A stretch of DNA of 64,000 nt from Carcharhinus amblyrhynchos (Eukaryota), in assembly GCA_965287045.1 (NCBI GenBank), contig OZ336874.1, positions 41,292,001-41,356,000 on the forward strand. Reading direction: 5' to 3'. Positions 12,564 through 23,520 of this stretch are shown here, one piece after another. The translations under genes were made by a program, and so were the position numbers. Numbering within the stretch: the first letter of the stretch is position 1; each line of letters begins with the position of its first letter. The notes beneath the pieces are model-generated. The model searched no databases. It saw only the letters and a list, made by a program, of their open reading frames with translations, and was not told the origin of the DNA.

Positions 12564-13424
12564 CATAAGAACATAAACATAAGAGCATAAGAAATAGGAG
12601 CAGGAGTAGGCCATCTAGCCCTTCAAGCCTGCCCCACCATTCAATAAGATCATGGCTGATCTGAAGTGGCTCAGTTCCACTTTCCCGCTTTCTCCCCATA
12701 ACCCTTAATTCCCTTGTCTGTCAAAATCCTATCTACCCGTGTATTAAATATATTTAGCGAGGTAGCCTCCACCACTTCAACGGGCAGAGAATTCCAGAGA
12801 TTCACCACCCTTTGAGTGAAGAAGTTCCTCCTCAACTCCGTTCTAAACTGCACCCCCCCCCCCTTATCTTGAGGCTGTGCCCTCTAGTCCTGCTGTCCTT
12901 TCTGAACAGGAAGAATCTCTCTACCTCTACCCTATCCATCCCTTTCGTTATCTTTCATTGTCTCTATAAGATCCCCCCTCATCCGTCTAAACTCCAACGA
13001 GTACAGACTCAATCTATTTAGTCTCTCTTCATAGTCTAACTCCCTCATCTCCGATATCAGCCTAATGAACCTCCTCTGCACTCCCTCTAAGGCCAAAATA
13101 TCCTTGCGCAAGTATGGCGACCAAAACTGTACACAGTACTACAGCTGCAGCCACACCAGTGCTGCTTTTATATTCTATCCCCTTTGCTATAAAGGCCAGC
13201 ATCCCATTCGCCTTCTTGATCACCTGCTGCACCTGCAGACTGGGTTTTTACAACTCATGCAGAAGGACCCCCAGGTCCCTCTGCACCGTAGCATGCTGCA
13301 GCTTTTCGCCTTTTAAATAATAATCCCTCCTACTATTATTTCTGCCAAAGTGGATAACCTCACACTTGCTAACATTGTACTCCACCTGCCAGGTCCTCGC
13401 CCACTCGCTCAGCCTATCCAGATC
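12564..13424 (-). mobile_element. Fairly young CR1 3' fragment (same subfamily as 41035-44305) with TGGTA target-site duplication
   Basis: (ACATAAGA)n tail; ORF FRTELRRNFFTQRVVNLWNSLPVEVVEA; tggta at 12559-12563 and 13425-13429. Confidence 0.93.
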
Positions 13425-13813
13425 TGGTAACTTCCAGAATGTTGAGAATGGGGGATTTGATGATTGGCATTCCTTCGCTTATTGGAAATTGTCATCGTCT
13501 TGCACTTGTGGTGCAGTTGATACTTGGCACTTTTCAGCCTATGGTTGTATGCTGTCCAGGTCTTGCTACATATGGCATGAACTGCTTCATTTCGGGGGGA
13601 GTTGTGAATGATACTGAGAATTGCAATCAACAACAAATACCCCTACTTCTGACCTTACAGAGGAGGGAAGGTCATTAATGTCGCAGCTGAAGATAGTTGG
13701 TTTTAGGACATTGTCCATTGGAGCTCATGCCTCAATACCCTAACCATCTTCCTTTGTGCCACGTATGATGTAAAAGTTTTGGTGCCCCAATTTCTAAAGA
13801 ACCAAAAAATTTT

Positions 13814-14130
13814 GGTGGCATGATAGCACAGTCGTTATCACTGCTGCCTCACAGTGCCAGGGACCTGGGTTTGATTCCTAGCTTGGGACACTGTGTGGAG
13901 TTTGCACAATATCCCCATGTCTGCGTGGGTTTCCTCCAGGTGCACCAGTTTTCTCCCACAGCCTGAAAGATATGCAGGTTTGGTTGATCAGCCATGCTAA
14001 ATCGCCCTTAGTTTTGGGGGGGAATAACGGGGTAAATATTTGGGGTTACGTGGAGAGGGTGGGTTTGTTGTCAGTGCAGACTTGATGGGTTGAATGACCT
14101 CCTTCTGTATTGTGGGGATTCTATGATTCT
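13814..14130 (+). mobile_element. HE1-type V-SINE
   Basis: Head, V core and tail gattctatgattct. Confidence 0.9.
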
Positions 14131-15273
14131 CTGATTCCACTGACTTCAATTTTAAAAGGGCGCCTTCATACTACTCTTGATCATATGCTGCCTTGACGTC
14201 AAGGGCAGTCATTCCCACTTCATCTCTGTAAATTCGAGCTTGTCCATGTTAATGAGGCCTGGAGCTGAATAATCCTGGTGGAAACTAGTAGTGAGGAAGC
14301 TATTAGTGAATGTGTACTGCTTGATAACACCATCTACAATGGATGGCCTGATTGAATTTATCCTTTGGTTGTGGCAGTTCTCCACATTGTTGGGCAAGTG
14401 CCAATGCTGTAATTGAACTGAAACAGATTTACTTAGAGAAGTGGTTCATTCATGAGCTCACGTCTTCTGTGATACTATGGGATGTTTTTGGGACCTCACT
14501 TTTTCTCTATCCAGTGCAGTCAGGTGGAGCGAATCAAATTGGCTAAAGGCTGACTTCTACTATAGTGGGATCTTCAGGAGGAGTTAGATTTGGCACTTGT
14601 GGATGAAAATGGTTGTACTAGCTTGATGTCAGCACTGACATGCTGGGCTTTGCCATCATTGAGGATGGAATGTTCATGAAGCATCCTGCCTCCACTAGTC
14701 AGCACCATTTCTGACTGGATGTGATCTGACAGTGCTTGGATCTAATTAATTGGGTTGCGGGATTGCTTAGCTTTGTTAATTCCATTTTGCTTCTACTGTT
14801 TAGCATGTCTCTAACGCCTGATTTTCAGTTAATCCTGGTGCTGTTCCTGGCATGCCCTTTTAGTTCCTTGTTGAACCAGGGTTGATCACCAACAGGATAG
14901 CCATGATACTGAGGGATATGGCAGGCCATGGGGTTCAAGTCTGGTGGAACATAATTACGCTGCAACCAATGACCCCCAGCATTTCATTTTAATTTGCTCG
15001 GTCTGTTCTGAATCTATCCCATTTAACAGTGTTACTGGCACACGACACAATGGAGACTAATCTTAATGTGGAGATGAAACGTAGAATACATTAGAATTAT
15101 GAGGTGGTCACTCCTACCAACATTGTCATTAACAGATTAATTTGTGCCAGGTAGATTGGTGAGGATGCGTTAAAGTATTTTCTTTTCTCTGGTGTTGGTT
15201 CTCTCCAACTGCTGCAAACCCATTGTGGCAATACCCTTCAGGATTCAGTGAACTCAATAGAGGTAATATAGCA

Positions 15274-15451
15274 TCCAAAGCTGTGTGGGTTAGGTGGATT
15301 GGCCATGCTAAATTTCTCTTTAGTGTCAGGAGGAACTAGCTAGGTTAAATGCATGGGGCTAAGGGGATAGGGCCTGGGTGGGATTGTGGTGGTTGGTGTA
15401 GACTTGATGAGCCAAATGGTCCCCTTCTGCACTGTTGGATTCTATGATTCT
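15274..15451 (+). mobile_element. HE1-type V-SINE, 3' half
   Basis: tccaaag...ggttaggtggattggccatgctaaatt...ttctgcactgttggattctatgattct. Confidence 0.88.
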
Positions 15452-15888
15452 GAGACAAAGCCACCTTTGCTGATGGAAGTTGTCCCCCACTGAGTACATT
15501 CTGCATCCTTGCTACATGCTTTTGGCAAATGGTGTTCAACATGGAGAATTACTGATTCATCAGCTGAAGGAGGGTTACTGGTGGTAACCAACAAGATATT
15601 TCCTTCCCCATGTTTTCCTGATACAATGAAACATCATGAGACCTGGAGTTAATGTTAATGGCTCCCAAAGCCAATTCAATCCTACTGAGTACCATTATGC
15701 TGATAGCTCTGGTTGGTCTGTCATTCTGAAGGAACAGGCCAGAGCCATTGTTGGTAATGGAGGAATCTAAGGCATTGATTGTAAAGTACTGTCCTGTCAG
15801 TGTGACTACTGTCAGTCCGTTGCTTGACTAGTCTATAGCATAGCTCTCAGTTTTGGCACAAGCTTGCATGCAACCTTTAGTGAAGAGT

Positions 15889-16038
15889 CATGATGTAGAG
15901 ATGCTGGTGTTGGACTGGTGTAGGCACAGTAAGTAGTCTCACTCACTAAGTAAGTCTCCTGAGAAAGGGGCAGCACTCTGAAAGCTTGTGCTACCAAATA
16001 GACCTGTTGGGCTTTAACCTGGTGATGTGAGATTTCTT
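15889..16038. mobile_element. Penelope-like pLTR fragments in inverted arrangement, with a decayed hammerhead core
   Basis: gatgtagagatgctggtgttggactgg...agtctcac matches 18032-18082; the second half is the reverse complement of the continuation at 18070-18112; cctgagaaaggggcagcactctgaaa resembles CUGAnGA-stemII-GAAA. Confidence 0.7.
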
Positions 16039-17969
16039 TAGTGAGGAGAACATTGCACATTTGTGAGTTGGATGTGCCCTTTTCAGGTCGAAGGCGTACC
16101 TCAGTCAATGTTGAGTGGTCCATCTGGTTTCGTTCTAATTATGTTATATATTTTTATTATAAATTATTATAGCAAGTTTGATAAAATTGAATGGATTGCT
16201 TAGGCCATTTCAGAGGGCAGGCCTGAGTAAGGAAAACAGATTTCTTTTTCTATAGGATATGAGTGAACCATGTGAGTATTTGTAACAATCCAGTTATTTT
16301 ACTGTCTTAAATTACAGACTTATTAAATTAGCCCTCATGATGGATTTGAATTTGTGGGCTAAATTTCACACTGGGAATTGGGTTCCTGACCCCTTGTAAA
16401 AATCCAAACGAAATCACCCTCACTTGACAGCTAATTGCCCATTAACTGGCCTCAGGCTGCACTCAGGGGAGACCTCTGAGAGCTGCTAGCCAATCAAATG
16501 ACCAGCATCTCTCTGATCCTAACAGTGCCACCAGTAATGGAGGCCAGGGGGACGGCAGTCATTGGGAAATGCATTCTGTGATGTTATTGGATTTCAAGGT
16601 AAGTCTTGGGATCTCACTGAAGCCAATTTAGCAAGCCCCGGTGAGGGGCTGGGGCGAAGCTGTGACAGGACAGCGAGGGAGAGGAAACCACTGAAGTGGG
16701 GAGGGAGGCAAGGGGGGTGGGAGTGGGCAGGATATCTTGAGAGGCGAATTTGATGCAGACAGGGGATGCTAAGAGGAGGCACTGACCAGTGTTGCTCAGC
16801 TGCCAATTTGTTCAGGTTGGACAGTAGACACTGCAGTTAAATTTGGTATCTCTGGAGCGTTCTGAATTAGCCCAAAAGGAGTTAAGTCCCCTGACACCTA
16901 TAGTACCATTAGATGAATTACAGTGAGGGGTGGAGATGGTTAAGTAGGTGCCAGAAATGATGTCCATGGCACGGAACCCAATTTTAAGCCTCTCACCACT
17001 CCATTTGCCTCCAAGACTTAACCCCATGTCTCGAGATCATTGGGCCATAACGTAACCACTGTTCTGCTGTACCACCTCAATATGTTGTGTTTGAAAATGA
17101 TCACAGGGCCATTGAGTCTTGACAGGTGCTATTACCTCTGCTCTGTGAAGCATTTCTGCTATGCGGCTGACAATGTTCTCAAGAAAACTTTGATGCTGAT
17201 ATGGGATACCTTGGAAGGGTATATTTGTCAATCTCCCAGCTCTCGCAGAGTTCACTTTGATAAGAGCACAGAAATAAAAAGAAAATCCCTGGATATATCG
17301 TGAGGAACAGCTGTTTATTTCCCAATTGCCTCCGACTGTAGTCCACCCCTAATCTCATACTCTGAATTACAGCTTCATATCCATCTTGCACTAAACTTCG
17401 CTTCTGAACCATCTGCTCGCTCTCCCTCGCCACCCCCCATGAGCTGCCTGCACCAGCCTTCTTGCAAAGTGATAATCAATATTAAAAATAAACTGCTCTG
17501 TAGATTAGCCAGTGATCATTTTGGAATGAAGGGACTCATGATGATGAATCTACATAAATGTATATAATTCCAGTCAATATTTTAGTATTAGGGATATTTG
17601 CTGTGGATGTTTTGAATCCTGAATCTTCTGAAATATAATCATAGCTGCCTGTGAGCATTGCGAGTTAATGAATAACTTTATTGATTAGGAATACTTTTAG
17701 AATGCAGGTTGCAGTATTTCCCCTCTCATCCACTGTATGGGTGCTAAGAGGTGGATGACCTGACATTCAGGAAAACAGTCTTACAATATGAGCCTTTCAT
17801 TGATAACCAAATAGAAATCGCTTGGCCATAATTACAAAATTCTGTATCACTACAAATCACAGACCTTGGTTTCTTCTGATACGTATCGCATATGCAGATG
17901 GTAAAGAGTAGCAAAAATTGCATGGGTAGTGCAAGTCTGATAAGATAACTCTCCCGCATTTCTTCTGAT

Positions 17970-18470
17970 TCATAGAGTCATACAGTGCAGAAAGGGCTCT
18001 TTGGCCCATTGAGCCTGCACCAACATTAACTGATGTGGAGATGCCGGCGTTGAACTGGGGTAAACATAGTAAGAAGTCTCACAACACCAGGTTTAAGTCC
18101 AACCGATTTATTTGTCAGACTTCTTATCAACAATAACTACCAGTAAAGGTGCGCTAATCCTATTTTCCTGCACTTCTCACATATCCTTGAATGTTATGAT
18201 ATTTCAAGCGCTCATCCAAATATTTGTAAAGATTGTAAGGTTTCCAGCCTCATCTCCTTCCCAGACAGTACATTTCAGATTCCCACTATCCTCTTGAGTG
18301 AAAAGATTTTTCCTCAAATCCCCTCTGAATGTCCTACCCCTTACCCTAAAACTATGCCCCCACATGACTGACTCCTCAGCCCAAAGCTGCTCCCTCCTCA
18401 CCCTGTCCACACATCTCATAATCTTATACACCTCAATCATGTCCCCCTTCAGCCTTCTCTGCTCGAAAGA
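17970..18470 (-). mobile_element. CR1 LINE 3' fragment
   Basis: ORF MIEVYKIM..VDRV....GHSFRVRG.TFRGDLRKNLFTQ; (catagagt) tail. Confidence 0.9.
18031..18113. mobile_element. Penelope-like pLTR fragment inserted in a CR1 3' UTR
   Basis: tgatgtggagatgccggcgttgaactggggtaaacatagtaagaagtctcacaacaccagg; paralogous to 15889-16038. Confidence 0.65.
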
Positions 18471-18786
18471 GAGTGCGGATATTTCTCGGTGAAGACTCAG
18501 TGGTAAAAAAAAGGCTCAAACACCTAAATCTTACACAGGTGTTGGTGCCCAGCATAGTGACCAGAGGCAGATCTCAGGCCCTCAGTTGCTGGCAATGGGA
18601 CTGACGGAGCAACTTTGCCAGAGGCATATAGGCGGCCTACTAGTTGGCCACTGAAAGGCCCCAACATCCAGTTAAGGCTGTTGGGCAGGCCTGCCCAAAG
18701 GGAGGGTTGGTACCTCTATAGCGTCAGCAATGCTACCAGGAGATATAGGAGTCTCGGGCACTGGGTCATAGTAAATGCAAAATAAT

Positions 18787-19066
18787 GGATGGCACAATGG
18801 CTAACATTGCTGTCTCACAACACCAGGAACCCACATTCAATTCTGGCCTTAGAAGACTGTCTGTGTGGAGTTTGCACATTCTCCCCATGTCTGCTTGGGT
18901 TTCTTCCAGGTGCTCCAGTTTCCTCCCATACTCCAAAGATTTATGTGTTAGTCTGATTGACCATTCTCAATTGCTCCTTAGTGACAGGGGAATAATTGTT
19001 GTTGGTGCAGGCTCAATGGGCCAAATGGCCTCTTTCTGCACTGTAAAGATTCTACGATCCCATGAT
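18787..19066 (+). mobile_element. HE1-type V-SINE
   Basis: Head, V core, tail gggccaaatggcctctttctgcactgt. Confidence 0.88.
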
Positions 19067-19201
19067 GATATAAATTCAAACCACTGAGGTCAGAGGGGAA
19101 ACCATGCTTGGGGAGCGGGGGGGATGTCTGTGAGGGCTGTTTTCCTTACTTATGGCACCTTCTTTGCGTTGTTGAGTTACCGGGGAGTAGCTTCCTCCAT
19201 T

Positions 19202-19490
19202 TAAGAACATAAGAAATAGGAGCAGGAATAGGCCATCTAGCCCTTTGAGCCTGCCCCGCCATTCAATAAGATCAAGGCTGATCCGAAGTGGATCAGTTCC
19301 ACTTACCCACCTACTCCCCATAACCCTTAATTCCCTTATCGATCACAAATCTATCTACCTGTGACTTAAATACATTCAGCGAGGTAGCCTCAATGGGCAG
19401 AGAATTCCAGAGATTCACCACCCCTTGAGTGAAGAAGTTCCTCCTCAACTCTGTTCTAAACTGCACGCCCTTATTTTGAGGCTGTGCCTC
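19202..19490 (-). mobile_element. CR1 LINE 3' fragment
   Basis: taagaacataagaa tail; FRTELRRNFFTQGVVNLWNSLP. Confidence 0.92.
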
Positions 19491-19813
19491 ATATTCATTT
19501 TGTGCCAAAATAATATTTAACTGGCAGGGGAGGTCATCTTAATGCTGGCAATTAGGCAGTTAGCCTCAAACTAGCCCTTTAATTATGCAAATTGGCTTCC
19601 GACCTCCTTGGGACTGGCAGACAGTTCACATTTGGTTCTACAACTGGTGAAATCTTGGCAGCGAGTCTATTTTGGGGATCCATCCGAATTGGTATCCCCA
19701 GGATTTTACTTAGCACTTCCTCCTCCTTCCAGCCCAGATCCTGGGGCATGGTAAAATTCTGACCAAAGAGAACTCAAGTCTGTTCTGGGAGTTATGTTTT
19801 GGGAATGTATATA

Positions 19814-20121
19814 AAATCATAGAATCATAATTTCCGTATAGTACAGAAGGAGGCCATTCGGCCCATCAAGTCTGTACCGACCACAATTCCACCCAGGCCT
19901 TATTTCCATAACCCTTATTTACCCTGCTAATCCCCCTGACAGGGTAACCTAACCTGCACATCTTTAGGCTGGAGAAAACCGGAGCACCCGGAGGAAACCC
20001 ATGCAGATACAAGGAGAAAGTGCAAACTTCACACAGGCAGTGACCCAAGGCCAGAATTGAACCTAGAGGGAATTTGGTGCTGTGAGGTAGTAGAGTTAAC
20101 CACTGTGCCACCATGCTGTCC
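19814..20121 (-). mobile_element. HE1-type V-SINE
   Basis: Reverse-complement tail aatcatagaatc, V core ggagcacccggaggaaaccc, head ttaaccactgtgccaccatgc. Confidence 0.9.
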
Positions 20122-21238
20122 ATATCTATAATGTTGTATTGCATAACTATGCAAATGATATATATTCACTTTGCACCATTGTGAGCATTATTTCATGAAG
20201 CAGAGATTATGGGAAGTGATACTGCAGGATTGCATTTTCAAAATGGCAATGGTGTGTCTTGTCACTCTATTTCTGGTAATGAAAGAACCATTCTTACTGT
20301 GTTAACGTGAAAATTTAAAAACATTGGCTGTGATGCCTCAGGAACATAAAAATTGCATGACTCAGAAAAGGGACAGATAGTGAGATCTCCCAGTCTAATT
20401 GCTTTTTCGTTAATAGCCAGCCAGCAATTCTGAAGCAGGAGGATTGAAAAACTTGTGCTGGCACAAACATTGCAGATATTTCTGCCTTCACCTATCACCT
20501 GCGTGGAAACCTTTCCAGTTACATTGGATGTGCTTGTTTTCAGCAAGTGCAAAATTACAAACATAGATACAGTCAATCAATGTCAAGACACTGCAGAAGG
20601 CCAAAAAAATGACACTTTTGATTGCTTGTTACTGATATTGGAAACCTAATGTAGTGAGGTGTCCTCCTGAGCAAAGTACCAGTGACTTGAGAAATGACTT
20701 TGAGCATTGCTGACTGCTGCTCACAGTTGCTCCAGATGGGCTCTGAGAGTTATCGGCAGCAAAGAAAGGAATGAAACGGTCACCTTCACCTCCAATACGT
20801 GAGCCTTCTTTTAACTCCTTACGTTGGTCATAAAGCATTCTGGATACAGAAACTTGAGAGGCTAAGTATCAATTTCCCAGTGAAAGTCAAGTGAGACTCC
20901 TGGGTCATTTTAACATAAAGGCTTGGCTTGCATTTTATCATCTAAGCTGCATTTCCAAAATGTGTGTCCAGATAGAATTTTCCAGCTTTTAGACTGCAAA
21001 GAGTGGGCTGCTTATGCCCAGCTTGGCATTCGGATGCTTTGTCACGGGGGTTGGGATTTGAGAAGGTTTTACAGGGAAGCAGGAGCCTTGGGCCATGGAG
21101 GGCAGAGAGAGTTTAAATTCTCCCCTTGTGCCTTAAGTCAATCTATAATGTACAAACAGGGTATGAAATTGGTTAATTCCTGCCAGGGTGATGGCCCTTT
21201 CTACATCTAATTTCTTTCCATTGTTGTCATAGTCATAG

Positions 21239-21547
21239 AGGTGGCATGATGGCGCAGTGATTAGCACTGCTGTCTCACAGCACCAGGGACCTGGGTTTGA
21301 TTCCCAGCTTGGGTGACTGTATGGAGTTTGCATGTTCTTCCCATGGCTGCTGAGTGCTCCATGTCCTGTGGGTGTTCCGGTTTCCTCCCACGATCTGAAA
21401 GACGTGCTGGTTAGGTGCTTTGGCCATTGGCTAATTTTCCTTCAATGCACCCAAGCAGATGCTGGAGTGTGGCGAGTAGGAGATTTTCACAGTAACTTCA
21501 TTGCAGTGTTAAGGTAAGCCTACCTACTGCACTAATGAATAAACCTT
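21239..21547 (+). mobile_element. V-SINE variant with HE1-like head/core and a non-CR1 tail
   Basis: Same head and core as HE1, then ...ttttcacagtaacttcattgcagtgttaaggtaagcctac...aatgaataaac; second copy at 51348-51655. Confidence 0.85.
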
Positions 21548-22279
21548 AGTGTCTATGAACCTGCTGGGTAATTCAGAATTTCGATAATAAAGCCATGGTA
21601 GAGCTACAAGTCACTTCCAAAACTGTTAAAAGCGACTGCCATTTTCATGCTGTTTTATCTTTGCATCATTATTTAGTGGAAAAATGCTGAGTTGAACAAT
21701 TTGCAAGCAAAATTTAATTAAAGTTCTTCATTACAGAGCTTATTAATATAAAAACTGAAAGCACAACCAAATAGAAGTAATTTTACAACTTTGGACTACT
21801 GTTGGGGATCACCCAGCTGTGAATATCTATTCAAACTTAATGCACACATTGCACACAGTTTCCTGACAAATTTTTGCAAAATCATGTATGGTGCTCAGCT
21901 GAAATTTTTATCTGAGCTCCCAGTGGACAATGTTCCCTGTTATAGAAGTGTAAAGAGAAAATTGCTCTTCCCCATGCCAATCTGAAGAATTAGCAAAAGC
22001 CTATGCCATCACCAAAAGCTCGCACTTAAATGCAACTCCTTGAAACACAATTGATCTTTCATTGACAGTCGTGCTGCAAGCATCTGCAGTAATGATCCTG
22101 GAGCTTACTCTGAGAGGTGTGACCCTTCACTGGTACCGATGTGGATAGGGTAGAGAAACAAAGAGATAAGCAAGATCACAATAGATAGATGCCAGATGGC
22201 ATTTACAAAGAATTAGGGAGACTTTGTGCTGAGAAGTAACTGTAGTTGTACAAACTGAAATAAACTTTTTTCCCAGCAT

Positions 22280-22450
22280 AGTGAATCAATGGCCCCCAAC
22301 TTCCTCAGAATATCTGCCACAGGCCATCAGTCCCATAACTAAAGCTTTTTCTACCACCTTAACATTTCTTCATTCCACTCCTGCCTCAGTTCATCTGCTG
22401 CTTGGAAACTCTTGTGCAAGTCAGTTTTTACCTCTGGATGTGACCGTTTC
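22280..22450 (+). mobile_element. L2 LINE remnant
   Basis: ccactcctgcctcagttcatctgctgcttggaaactc resembles 61660-61720. Confidence 0.5.
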
Positions 22451-22959
22451 AAAGCACTCCTGAAAGGCTTCCCACATTTTACCCTTGGCTATGGGCAGGA
22501 TTTTCCGACCATGCTTGTCCCAAGGCCAGAAGTCCTCACTCAAGTTCAACAGACCACTGCACGGTCCGTGTCCCGCCAGCTACAATTCCTGTGGCAGATG
22601 GGAAAATTCTGCCACGCGTCTTCACTTGCACTCAGTCCTAATTACCTATCAACTCATCAGGAATCCTAGGGTATAAAAGGCTGAACCCTTGCTCCTCATC
22701 TGTTTTCATTGCCTGCTGTTATAGTTATTTGTTGGAGGACAAAATTCATTTTCTAAGTTCTCAAAGGTATATTTTGCCTTTGTTCTAATGGCATTGTGCC
22801 TGCTTTCCATAATGTTGTCCATTCGATGCTCCTCAACATATGTTTGTCTTGAAAATGACACAGCCTTAAAGCATATATGAAGAAAATAGTGTTGGAATTA
22901 TTTTCTGAACATGTACATTGAATTTGAACTGGTTTTAGAGTCATTGCAGTAAATACCTG

Positions 22960-23425
22960 ACCTTCCAATATGTTCCCAGCAGGTGAGGATTTCAGCCAAG
23001 GGCATGAAGTTGGAAAACTACTTCTCATCTGCATACTGCCTCATGGGCACACCGTCTAAAAATACAATATCCGGTTCCACAAGACTGGTGTAGAATTTCT
23101 CCTTGATCTCGCTTGTTGCCACAGATGTAGGAACATATGCACTGATAATAGTGGCAGATTGATTCCATGTTAGGGTGAGTTGGGCAGTCATGAGGCACTT
23201 GCATATTCCACAGGGGGAGTCCCTGAGGTACCAGACAAATTCAATCTTGATGACGAAGCCCGCACTGTGGGGTGTCATTCCTCTTCAGGAAGACCCATTG
23301 GGTGGCAACATTGATGCCTGGGTTCCTGAGTTATGATTGCAGTATGGCATTCAGATCTACCACAGTTGCGGTTGTCCATGAGGGTCCTGACAGCCAAGTC
23401 CCAAACGACATTTTGACAAGTGGAA
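22960..23425 (-). mobile_element. RTE-clade LINE endonuclease remnant
   Basis: Minus ORF GFVIK.E...PCGI..CLMT..LTL...ATIISAYVPT..A..EIKEKFY.SL is typical of RTE endonuclease. Confidence 0.75.
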
Positions 23426-23437
23426 AATATTCATCAA

Positions 23438-23520
23438 AATCATAGAAACCCTACAGTACAGAAAGAGGCCATTCAGCCCATCGAGTCTGCATCAACCACA
23501 ATCCCACCCTACCCCCATGC
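23438..23520 (-). mobile_element. HE1 SINE 3' tail fragment
   Basis: aatcatagaaaccctacagtacagaaagaggccattcagccc. Confidence 0.85.

Larger units (their letters stand above)
10490..16350 (-). mobile_element. Long, old, degenerate APE-RT LINE (CR1-group-like) fragmented by nested insertions
   Basis: Minus-strand remnants of RT motifs: ALDVKAA.D (14170-14210), ..VL.PTIFSC.INDLPS..RSEVG.F.DC (13620-13725), ILNDG.AQH (14640-14670); 3' end at 10490-10635 appears to continue at ~12110; 5'-UTR-like segment at 16170-16350. Confidence 0.7.
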
